From Candidatus Omnitrophota bacterium (GTDB lineage Bacteria > Omnitrophota > Gorgyraeia > JABMRN01 > RBG-13-46-9), in contig JADHYN010000001.1 in the NCBI GenBank assembly GCA_016782425.1, forward strand, positions 67,100 to 131,099: a stretch of DNA of 64,000 bases. Direction: 5' to 3'. The notes beneath the pieces are model-generated. The model saw nothing but the letters and a program-made list of their open reading frames with translations. It was not told where the DNA came from and searched no databases. Positions within the stretch are counted from its first letter, which is position 1; each line of letters begins with the position of its first letter. Made by a program: the position numbers and the translations under genes. Below, in pieces: positions 35,750-43,181 of the stretch.

Positions 35750-36859
35750 CTAAGCATTGGCGCATTCGATGATCCTATCTATATCAACATAGCGCTCGAC
35801 CATTTTTATTATTATATCCACTTTTATTCTGTCTTCCGGTTTTATCTTTACTTTTATGCCGTGTATTTTAGCTGCAACCGAATAAGTATCTTTACCCGAG
35901 AGAAGTGTCGGGATTTTAGCGTCTTCCAGACGCTTGAGTACCAAGTTGCTCGGCTTCCGGCCGCCTGAAAGCACGAGTCCTGATATGCTACTTTCTTTTC
36001 TTTTACTTTTCGTCTGTAGATCTATTATAGCATTTATTATATCTATCTTATCAAAAGCAGTTATGAGAAGAGAGTTCTCTTCGACGTATTTCAGGGCTTC
36101 GCTTGCTTCCATAGCGCCCACGAGGATTTTATCAACCGGGCTGTCAAGGTAATCTTTGCCGCACAGAAGCTCTATTTTTAATTCCTCCAAAATTTCGCGC
36201 ACCGTAGGAAGGGCCAGGCGCTTTTGATAAGGCATAACACCTAATACGGGCGTTTTCTTTTTTTCAAACCCCATGCGCACGTACTTATTAATTTTTGCGA
36301 ATTTACCGGGAAGCACCTTGTTCACGACAACGCCGGCGAGTTTTACGCGTTCGGTATCAAAAAGGGATTTGTTAAGCATGGCCTCGTCTATCGGCCGCCC
36401 TATCCCTCCGGGCGTAAGAAGCACTACCTCGGCGTTTAATAGACGCGCAACTGTCGCGTTGGATAGGTCAAATACGGATCCGACACCGGCATGGCCGGTG
36501 CCCTCTATAATAACAAAATCCGAGTCTTCTGCCACTTTATCAAACGAGTCTTTTATGTCTTTCGCGTAGTTTCCTCCTGCCTTGCCTTCTATATACTTTT
36601 CAGTGAACCCTTTTTCGACTGCTATGGGAGAAAGGTCTTTTATATTATGCTCTCTTGAGACATTAAAAATTTTATCGATAAGAACCGAATCCTCGTCTAC
36701 CTTGAACCCCTGTTCCATGAGGTACCTCTGCCCGATAGGTTTTATAAAACCTATCCTCTTAAATCTTTTCGTAAGGGCGGCGATGAGCCCGAGGGAAAAT
36801 GTAGTCTTTCCCTCGTTTTGAAGTGTCGCCGCTATAAAGATACGTTTAGGTTGGGACAT
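35750..36859 (-). CDS. BioD-like P-loop plus DRTGG domain protein (phosphotransacetylase N-terminal-like)
   Basis: ATLQNEGKTT P-loop and GFIKPIG motif. There is no Pta catalytic domain. Confidence 0.55.
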   Translation of the reverse strand: MSQPKRIFIAATLQNEGKTTFSLGLIAALTKRFKRIGFIKPIGQRYLMEQGFKVDEDSVLIDKIFNVSREHNIKDLSPIAVEKGFTEKYIEGKAGGNYAKDIKDSFDKVAEDSDFVIIEGTGHAGVGSVFDLSNATVARLLNAEVVLLTPGGIGRPIDEAMLNKSLFDTERVKLAGVVVNKVLPGKFAKINKYVRMGFEKKKTPVLGVMPYQKRLALPTVREILEELKIELLCGKDYLDSPVDKILVGAMEASEALKYVEENSLLITAFDKIDIINAIIDLQTKSKRKESSISGLVLSGGRKPSNLVLKRLEDAKIPTLLSGKDTYSVAAKIHGIKVKIKPEDRIKVDIIIKMVERYVDIDRIIECANA

Positions 36860-36876
36860 CTTATCTATACTTTCTA

Positions 36877-36991
36877 GTTCCGATGGACGATGCCTGCCTG
36901 CCGGTCAGGCAGGGACGACCGCTCGCTCACGCTCGCTCGGACGAGAGACGAATCGTCCTTTCGTCCTTTCATCCCTTCGTCCTTTCGGAAC
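36877..36991. repeat. Palindromic intergenic element, family 1, copy c (complete)
   Basis: The ends GTTCCGATGGACGA and TCGTCCTTTCGGAAC flank an internal hairpin (gcctgcctgccggtcaggcaggg) and the cgctcgctcacgctcgct core. Confidence 0.7.
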
Positions 36992-36996
36992 GTTGT

Positions 36997-37785
36997 TTAC
37001 TTCGTTCTGTACGCCTCCAAGAATGAATCGCAATAAATATTTTTATTCAGTATAAGTTCGGCGGTTATCGCCGCGTCCATAAGGAGTTTATCAAGCGGGT
37101 CGCATATCGCTGCTGTTAGGCCGTTAGCTATAGCCATAACCAAGTAGATCCTGTTTATAAGCGGCCTCTCCTTCGTGCTCTGGGAGGCGTTGCTTAAGCC
37201 TACTATTGTCTTTGGCGCCGGGTCGCACAAAAGCGCGAATTCTTTTATTGATTCCATAATTTCCGGGCCTTGAGCCTGCGCCACATTGACAGGCATGACA
37301 ATTGGGTCGAGATACAGGTCGCTCATTGGGACGCCCGCCTCCTGGCATTTTGTCACTATTTTGACCGCGTGCTCCATTCGCTCATTCTTGTCTCTGGGTA
37401 TCCCGCTTTTTCCCATGGCAAGCCCTATCAATGAAGCATTGTATTTTAAAGCCAGGGGAACAAGCACCTCAAGCTTTTCATCGTCGGAGCTCGTTGAATT
37501 TATCATGGCTTTGTTTTTAGCCAGTTTCAACCCCTCTTCTATTACGTCGGCCTTAGTGCTATCAAGGCACAAGGGCGCGTCGCATGATTCCTGGATAGTT
37601 TCAACGAGCCATTTCATCGCATCTTTAGGATTTTTCGTATAAGGGCCCGTGTTTACATCAAGCATGGAAGCGCCTGCCGCGCGCTGGTCCTTGGCAAGTT
37701 TTTGTATAACGCCTTTATCCTTTTCTTCTATCGCCTTACCCACGGCCTTATACATGCCGTTAATCAACTCGCCTACAACTAACAT
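36997..37785 (-). CDS. acsE: Methyltetrahydrofolate:corrinoid/Fe-S protein methyltransferase
   Basis: Pterin-binding TIM-barrel sequence (GASMLDVN, INSTS). I chose the ATG at 37785, 4 nt after GAGGAGG; the track starts at the TTG at 37788. Confidence 0.85.
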   Translation of the reverse strand: MLVVGELINGMYKAVGKAIEEKDKGVIQKLAKDQRAAGASMLDVNTGPYTKNPKDAMKWLVETIQESCDAPLCLDSTKADVIEEGLKLAKNKAMINSTSSDDEKLEVLVPLALKYNASLIGLAMGKSGIPRDKNERMEHAVKIVTKCQEAGVPMSDLYLDPIVMPVNVAQAQGPEIMESIKEFALLCDPAPKTIVGLSNASQSTKERPLINRIYLVMAIANGLTAAICDPLDKLLMDAAITAELILNKNIYCDSFLEAYRTK

Positions 37786-37799
37786 CAAACCTCCTCATA

Positions 37800-37915
37800 G
37801 TTCCGATGGACGATGGGCGACCGCTCGCTTCGCTCGCTTGGACGAATGGACGATTACTTTATGCCGTTATATTCGAATCGTCCTTTCGTCCCTCGTCCCT
37901 TCGTCCTTTCGGAAC
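37800..37915. repeat. Palindromic intergenic element, family 1, copy d (complete)
   Basis: Same ends as 36877-36991, with a shared gaccgctcgcttcgctcgct core. Confidence 0.7.
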
Positions 37916-37916
37916 G

Positions 37917-38879
37917 TTATTTATTTCCCATTAACTTCCCGATATATCCTCTCGTCACATCCACTGCCTTAGGATGCCGCATGACGAGAATATCTGCTCC
38001 TGCCTGCAGCATGCACGCGGCTGTCGAGGCTTCCCATAGAATGCCCCTTGATTCTTCCTCGCCCCATTCCGGAGCCTGTGAAAAAAGGGTCTTCGCCTCT
38101 TTAGCGCGCCATGCCTCCTGCCCGATAAAGGCTATGAAGGGCATCGAGAGCATTTTATCGTCGATTAAGGCGGCATATCTGGCACGCTCCATTATCGAAT
38201 ATGCGTATTCCATGCCGTAGCCCAGCGCCCCGATCGTAGGATTTATGACGATCTTGTCGAGTGGAAATCCCATTTCGCTTATAAGGATATTTGCCTGTTT
38301 CGCTATGTTGATATCGATAGGAGATTCGGCTATTATGTTGTGCCCGTCCGCAAGACAGCTGGCAGTAAGTGTCTTGTAGTTTTTTTCTGTCGCGTCGCCC
38401 AGAAGGCAACGCTCGCCCTTTGCAGCCTGGCTCACCTTGGATAAAACGATATTGTCTTTTTCGTCATCACCCGAACCCAATATGATAAGTGGCACTTTTA
38501 CCGCCTGCAAAACGTCTTTAATGAGCTTTGCCGAATCCTCTGCCGATTTATTTCCGAAATCAGGATGCGTGCCGGCAAGCTTCACGCATATGATTTCCGC
38601 CTTGAATTCATCCTGGCATTTAACGGCCCATTTGGCCGGGTCCTTCAAAGCGTCGCCAAAAGGTTTTTTAAGCACTTCCGGCCAGTCCACCGGTTCCGTG
38701 TCCAGGACCTCCATGGCTATGCGAGGCATGTTCGGCATGTCGCCTTCGTGAAACAAAAAAGGAAGCGTTGTCTCCCCTCCGACCGTAATCTTTGAGGCCC
38801 TTGTCCCGCCTTCGGCGTTTGTGGCACCTATTGTGATTTCAGCTATTTTCCCGGGCCATTTTTCCTTCAACAATTCCAT
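37917..38879 (-). CDS. acsD: Corrinoid/Fe-S protein small subunit
   Basis: CdhD/AcsD-like TIM-barrel sequence, between cooC and acsE. Confidence 0.85.
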   Translation of the reverse strand: MELLKEKWPGKIAEITIGATNAEGGTRASKITVGGETTLPFLFHEGDMPNMPRIAMEVLDTEPVDWPEVLKKPFGDALKDPAKWAVKCQDEFKAEIICVKLAGTHPDFGNKSAEDSAKLIKDVLQAVKVPLIILGSGDDEKDNIVLSKVSQAAKGERCLLGDATEKNYKTLTASCLADGHNIIAESPIDINIAKQANILISEMGFPLDKIVINPTIGALGYGMEYAYSIMERARYAALIDDKMLSMPFIAFIGQEAWRAKEAKTLFSQAPEWGEEESRGILWEASTAACMLQAGADILVMRHPKAVDVTRGYIGKLMGNK

Positions 38880-38890
38880 TCAAGCTCCTT

Positions 38891-39622
38891 TCAAGCTATT
38901 TCTTCTATCTTTTTTGCGATAATGTTATCGTTTTTCAATGAAAAAACAGGCTTACCGTGTAAGGCCATGTTCTCTATGGTGTTATCGTATGGCAACGTAG
39001 CTTTTACTTTAAGTTCTGTTTTATCTATTTCCTTTTGTAAAGGACCAAGGTCCTCTTTTGCCTTATTTACAATAAGGGCCTTTTCCTTTGTTTTTATCTT
39101 TAATTCATCCACGAGCCTTGAAATTCTCGCCGCCGAGCGCATTCCGACAGCAGTAGAATCGCTCACTATAAAAAGTCTGTCCACGGCGCGGACAAGGCGC
39201 CTTGAGAGATGCTCCATGCCCGCCTCGTTATCGATAATAATATAGTCGTAATTTTTCATCAGACGCGCTATAAGGTCGCGTAGAAGGTTATTAATAAAAC
39301 AATAGCACCCGGGTCCTTCGGGCCTGCCCATGCTCAAAAGGTCAAACCCTTCCTCTTCGTTCAGTATTTCCTGTATTTTCATATCAAGGTAGCGGTCCTT
39401 TGTCATGCCCTTCGGGATGCTTTCTGAATTTTCAGATATGTCGTCAACTATCTCCACTATGCTTGAAACATTCTTCACGCCGAGAACCTCACCGAGATTC
39501 GCATTGGGGTCAGCGTCTATAGCGAGCACAGAGCCCGCCTTTTTGCTCTTAAGGGCTTTAACAATCAAAGCTGCGAGAGTGGTTTTGCCTGTTCCGCCTT
39601 TTCCGGCTACTGCTATTATCAT
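38891..39622 (-). CDS. cooC: CODH/ACS nickel-insertion ATPase (CooC/AcsF family)
   Basis: GKGGTGKTT P-loop and the GPGCYC metal motif. Confidence 0.85.
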   Translation of the reverse strand: MIIAVAGKGGTGKTTLAALIVKALKSKKAGSVLAIDADPNANLGEVLGVKNVSSIVEIVDDISENSESIPKGMTKDRYLDMKIQEILNEEEGFDLLSMGRPEGPGCYCFINNLLRDLIARLMKNYDYIIIDNEAGMEHLSRRLVRAVDRLFIVSDSTAVGMRSAARISRLVDELKIKTKEKALIVNKAKEDLGPLQKEIDKTELKVKATLPYDNTIENMALHGKPVFSLKNDNIIAKKIEEIA

Positions 39623-39639
39623 TGATCTTTTTTTATATT

Positions 39640-39752
39640 GATTACACTGATTCTCTGCTTCTAATAAGATGCAACCAAGATTACACAGATAAAATATAAT
39701 CTGCGTAATCGATGTTGCACAATTTTTGAGCAGGAAATCTGTGTAATCATTT
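39640..39752. repeat. GATTACAC-type nested palindromic element, copy a
   Basis: GATTACAC occurs at 39640 and 39679. Its inverse G(C/T)GTAATC occurs at 39703 and 39741. Positions 39716-39751 match 41741-41776 at 34/36 nt. Confidence 0.65.
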
Positions 39753-39753
39753 T

Positions 39754-41682
39754 TTATTTTACGCTAGGAAACTTCTCCAGGTTCGTATGCGGAAAAAATA
39801 AACTTGAGATGTATTCATCCATGTACGCCGGATCCTTGCTTAATTCGACATATGTCATTTTTCTTGCCGTGTCTTCAGCCTTTTTCATAGTATCGTATGA
39901 AAGCAAAATCTCGCGTGAACCTATAAGCGAGCTGTTCCCCACGAATTTGAATTTCTTCCTGTCAACGTCAGGTAAAAGGCCTATAGTAACGGCGTTTTCT
40001 ATGTCAAGATATGTGCCAAATCCTCCGGCTATGTAAATTTTATCGATTTGGTCAAATGTAAGATTGAATTTTTTCACGAGGATTGCTGCCGCCGAAAAAA
40101 TAGCCCCTTTTGAACGTTTTATGTTTTCGATGTCGCTTTCTTTTATCACAATATCGTACCCGCAGCATGCTTTATTCTTAGGAACTACCACATATTCTAA
40201 TTCGCCGTCTTTTTTTCTTATCTTTTTCGTCTTGGCATCGGCGTTGAGTCTTCCGTCTCTTTTCATAATGTCTTTTTTAAGCATTTGGGCTAGAAGGTCT
40301 ATATACCCGGAACCGCATATGCCCATTGGTTTTGAGTTTGCTATTGTTTTGACCTTGGCATTAAGCTTTGCATCTATTTCAACACGCTCAATAGCGCCTT
40401 TTATGGCCCTCATCCCGCAGGAAACGCCGCTCCCCTCAAATGCCGGGCCGGCCGAAGCCGAACAGCAAGCCATCCACTCTTTATTGCCAAAAGCGATCTC
40501 GCCGTTTGTTCCTATGTCCAAGAGAAGCGTGAGCGCCTCCTCATTGTCTATGCCGCAAGCTATGACACCGGCTACAATATCCCCTCCCACATAAGTGCTG
40601 ACGCCCGGTATGCATGCCAGAAGCCCGCGCGGATGTATTTTAATACCGGATTCCGCGGCTCTTATGACAGGAACGAAATTAGCTGTTGAAACATACGGCT
40701 CTTTTCTTATGTAGGTCGGGTCAACGCGCAAAAGAAGGTGCATCATAGTGGTATTGCCTGCGCACATAACGCCTGTTACATTATTGAGCGCAACGCCATG
40801 CTCCTCTGTTAACTCCTTAATAATGGAGTTCATGTTATCTATGACAGCGTGGTGCAGCCTTTCCAGGCCGCTTTCTTCCGTAGCGAACATTATCCTTGTT
40901 ATCACGTCATCGCCGAACATTACCTGTTTATTATGCGTTCCTTTTGTTCCGAGGACTTTTTTTGTATTGAGATCCACCAGCTGGCCTGAAACAGTTGTCG
41001 TGCCGATATCAAATGCCACGCCATAATTTTGTTTTGATGTGTTGCCGGGCTCGATGATAACGATCTCCGTAGTTTCATTGCGCTTGCCGAGCGTCACTGT
41101 TACCTTCCAGTCGCTGTGCCGTAAAAGGGCGCCGAGACGCCTTATATTCCTTAAGCCGGCTTGCATTATGGAAATTTTGTATTTTGATTTTATTTCCCGT
41201 ATTAAGCGCTCATAGTCGCTGACCGAATCGTTCAATGTGGGACGAGGCAACTCTGCGTAGACCTTGGTCGATACAGGGCTATGAGTAAAAATGCCTTCGT
41301 CTATAATGGGTTTGCCCTTGTCGACTTCCGCGCTTTCCGAATAAAGCCCCTTCAAGCGGTACACCCGGGCTTGTTCTTTTTTGGTTTTATCAAGCTCAAG
41401 CCTTGATTGAGGCGGGATATAAACTTCCAGATTGCCTTCAACAGTTGTAAGGCAGGCTAAACAAAAATTTTTCTTTTTTTCTTCCGGCGTTATCCGCCCC
41501 GTGGGCTCTGTCTGAAACTTGCCTTTTTTAATGACAACCTTGCACCTTCCGCATACGCCCTCTCCCCCGCAGCTTGAATTTATATAGACACCGGCCGCAA
41601 CAGCGCTTGCCAAAAGGTCCGCACCTTTTCTTACCTCGATCGTCTTATTACTCGGCTTGAAGATAATTTTGCATTTTTCCAT
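39754..41682 (-). CDS. Reductive activator of the corrinoid/Fe-S protein (RACo; [2Fe-2S] plus ASKHA ATPase)
   Basis: N-terminal CGGEGVCGRCKV plant-type ferredoxin motif, and DIGTTT/DIGTNGE ASKHA phosphate motifs. Confidence 0.85.
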   Translation of the reverse strand: MEKCKIIFKPSNKTIEVRKGADLLASAVAAGVYINSSCGGEGVCGRCKVVIKKGKFQTEPTGRITPEEKKKNFCLACLTTVEGNLEVYIPPQSRLELDKTKKEQARVYRLKGLYSESAEVDKGKPIIDEGIFTHSPVSTKVYAELPRPTLNDSVSDYERLIREIKSKYKISIMQAGLRNIRRLGALLRHSDWKVTVTLGKRNETTEIVIIEPGNTSKQNYGVAFDIGTTTVSGQLVDLNTKKVLGTKGTHNKQVMFGDDVITRIMFATEESGLERLHHAVIDNMNSIIKELTEEHGVALNNVTGVMCAGNTTMMHLLLRVDPTYIRKEPYVSTANFVPVIRAAESGIKIHPRGLLACIPGVSTYVGGDIVAGVIACGIDNEEALTLLLDIGTNGEIAFGNKEWMACCSASAGPAFEGSGVSCGMRAIKGAIERVEIDAKLNAKVKTIANSKPMGICGSGYIDLLAQMLKKDIMKRDGRLNADAKTKKIRKKDGELEYVVVPKNKACCGYDIVIKESDIENIKRSKGAIFSAAAILVKKFNLTFDQIDKIYIAGGFGTYLDIENAVTIGLLPDVDRKKFKFVGNSSLIGSREILLSYDTMKKAEDTARKMTYVELSKDPAYMDEYISSLFFPHTNLEKFPSVK

Positions 41683-41700
41683 TTGTGTTTATTTTTATAA

Positions 41701-41776
41701 ATGATTAGACAGATAGACAGTCAATCTGTGTAATCTATACTGCACAATTTTTGAACAGGAAATCGGTGTAATCATT
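41701..41776. repeat. GATTACAC-type palindromic element, copy b
   Basis: atgattagacagat..atctgtgtaatc..atcggtgtaatcatt. It overlaps the acsC stop codon. Confidence 0.65.
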
Positions 41777-43109
41777 TACTAAGATTCCTTAAAAATACCG
41801 GTATCCCCGAGGCCTCGCGCGGGCCGACAATCACCTTTTTGCCGGATTCCTCTTCAAGCTTTCCGCTTAAAACAGACACATAACCCGGGAGTATGACTTC
41901 ATTATGCTTTACTTTATCCTTTAAGCCTAATTTCTCGAATGATTGCGCAATTGTTTCCGCTGTGAACTTGTCCGCTGCCCATGCCGTAAGCACTGACATG
42001 CCCTCTGAATCGCACGTAACTATAAAGGCGGGCACCTTGCTTGACTCTACCTCTCCTTCTACCGTGTAATAAGTGAGAGAAAAATTTGTCGTTATAAGAA
42101 CGGGGGATTTATCCGTAACCTGCCCTATCTCGTAGATTTTCGGCTCCACTTGAAGAGGCTTCTGCGGATCAGTGTATATATTCTGCCTGGCTGTCAGGAT
42201 CGGAAGAACCTGCCACGGGTTTCTTCCCTTCATTACTACTATGCTCGCGTATTTCGCCACGTATGTAGTCGCCTCTATTGCCTCCTCCAGCGGGTTCGTC
42301 GATTCAACAAAAGCGATCACGGGATAGCCAAAAGTTCTGAATGACTTCTTAAGCGCGAGCTTGCGCATTTGCGTGAAATCCCATATTTTTTCCGGAAGGC
42401 CCTTTTTACCCGTATCGAGAACCAGGTCCCGAACGCCCTCGGTATTTACGTTTTTGATGAGCGCCTCAAGTTCCTCAAGGCTCGGCGCGCTAACAACGAG
42501 TGGAGCCTTATATTCCTTAGAAAGACCGGCCATTTCTTTAAAGTTTTCTTTTGTCGCGCGGCATATAAGAGGGGCTTTTCCTTTTGTCTCTTCCAGGCCT
42601 ATTTTCATTACCTGAGCGTCATCGGTAACCAAAGCAAGCGGCAAATCAGACGCAGCCAGGACTAATTTGACTGCATTTGCAAATTTATTTCCATCACCGC
42701 TTTTACATAATACGGAGATTAGGTTTACTTCTATTTTCTGCCCTACCCTCTCGAAGTTGAGCTTTTTTATTTCATCGATAGATTTCTTCATATCGTCTTC
42801 GCTCAATGTATCTTCTATGCTAAAGCCTATGCCGGTAGGATGGTAGAACTTTTCCTCATGCCTGAACATAACTGTTTCATTTCCAACCTCGAGCTTCGCC
42901 TCTCCCACCCCTACCGTAATGAGTTTGATCGGAGGCTCGGCAGCGCTTTCGAGAGATTTTTTGGCCGTCTCCGATACGTGCGGGCACTTATCAAGCGCAA
43001 CCTTCTTCGCGGCAAGCTGCATGGCGAAAGCAAGGCACGTCGGGAACCCGCAGTCTTTGCAGTTTGTCTTGGGCAAAAGTTTATATATTCCTAATCCGGA
43101 TAATGCCAT
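41772..43109 (-). CDS. acsC: Corrinoid/Fe-S protein large subunit
   Basis: N-terminal CKDCGFPTCLAFA [4Fe-4S] motif and 445 aa of CdhE/AcsC-like sequence. Confidence 0.9.
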   Translation of the reverse strand: MALSGLGIYKLLPKTNCKDCGFPTCLAFAMQLAAKKVALDKCPHVSETAKKSLESAAEPPIKLITVGVGEAKLEVGNETVMFRHEEKFYHPTGIGFSIEDTLSEDDMKKSIDEIKKLNFERVGQKIEVNLISVLCKSGDGNKFANAVKLVLAASDLPLALVTDDAQVMKIGLEETKGKAPLICRATKENFKEMAGLSKEYKAPLVVSAPSLEELEALIKNVNTEGVRDLVLDTGKKGLPEKIWDFTQMRKLALKKSFRTFGYPVIAFVESTNPLEEAIEATTYVAKYASIVVMKGRNPWQVLPILTARQNIYTDPQKPLQVEPKIYEIGQVTDKSPVLITTNFSLTYYTVEGEVESSKVPAFIVTCDSEGMSVLTAWAADKFTAETIAQSFEKLGLKDKVKHNEVILPGYVSVLSGKLEEESGKKVIVGPREASGIPVFLRNLSK

Positions 43110-43124
43110 ATGTTCTCCCTTCGA

Positions 43125-43176
43125 TGGGGACAGGTCTCTTAGCTTTTGTTTAAATGCATGATGAGACCTGTCCCCA
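43125..43176 (-). other. 14-bp perfect intercistronic hairpin between acsB and acsC
   Basis: TGGGGACAGGTCTC (43125-38) pairs with GAGACCTGTCCCCA (43163-76) across a 24-nt loop. No T-tract follows. Confidence 0.6.
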
Positions 43177-43181
43177 CTAAA

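Noticed and set aside
15618-37915. Recurrent intergenic repeats considered as a possible CRISPR array
   Set aside because: The copies are kilobases apart, palindromic, of variable length, and separated by genes rather than short spacers. No cas genes are present.
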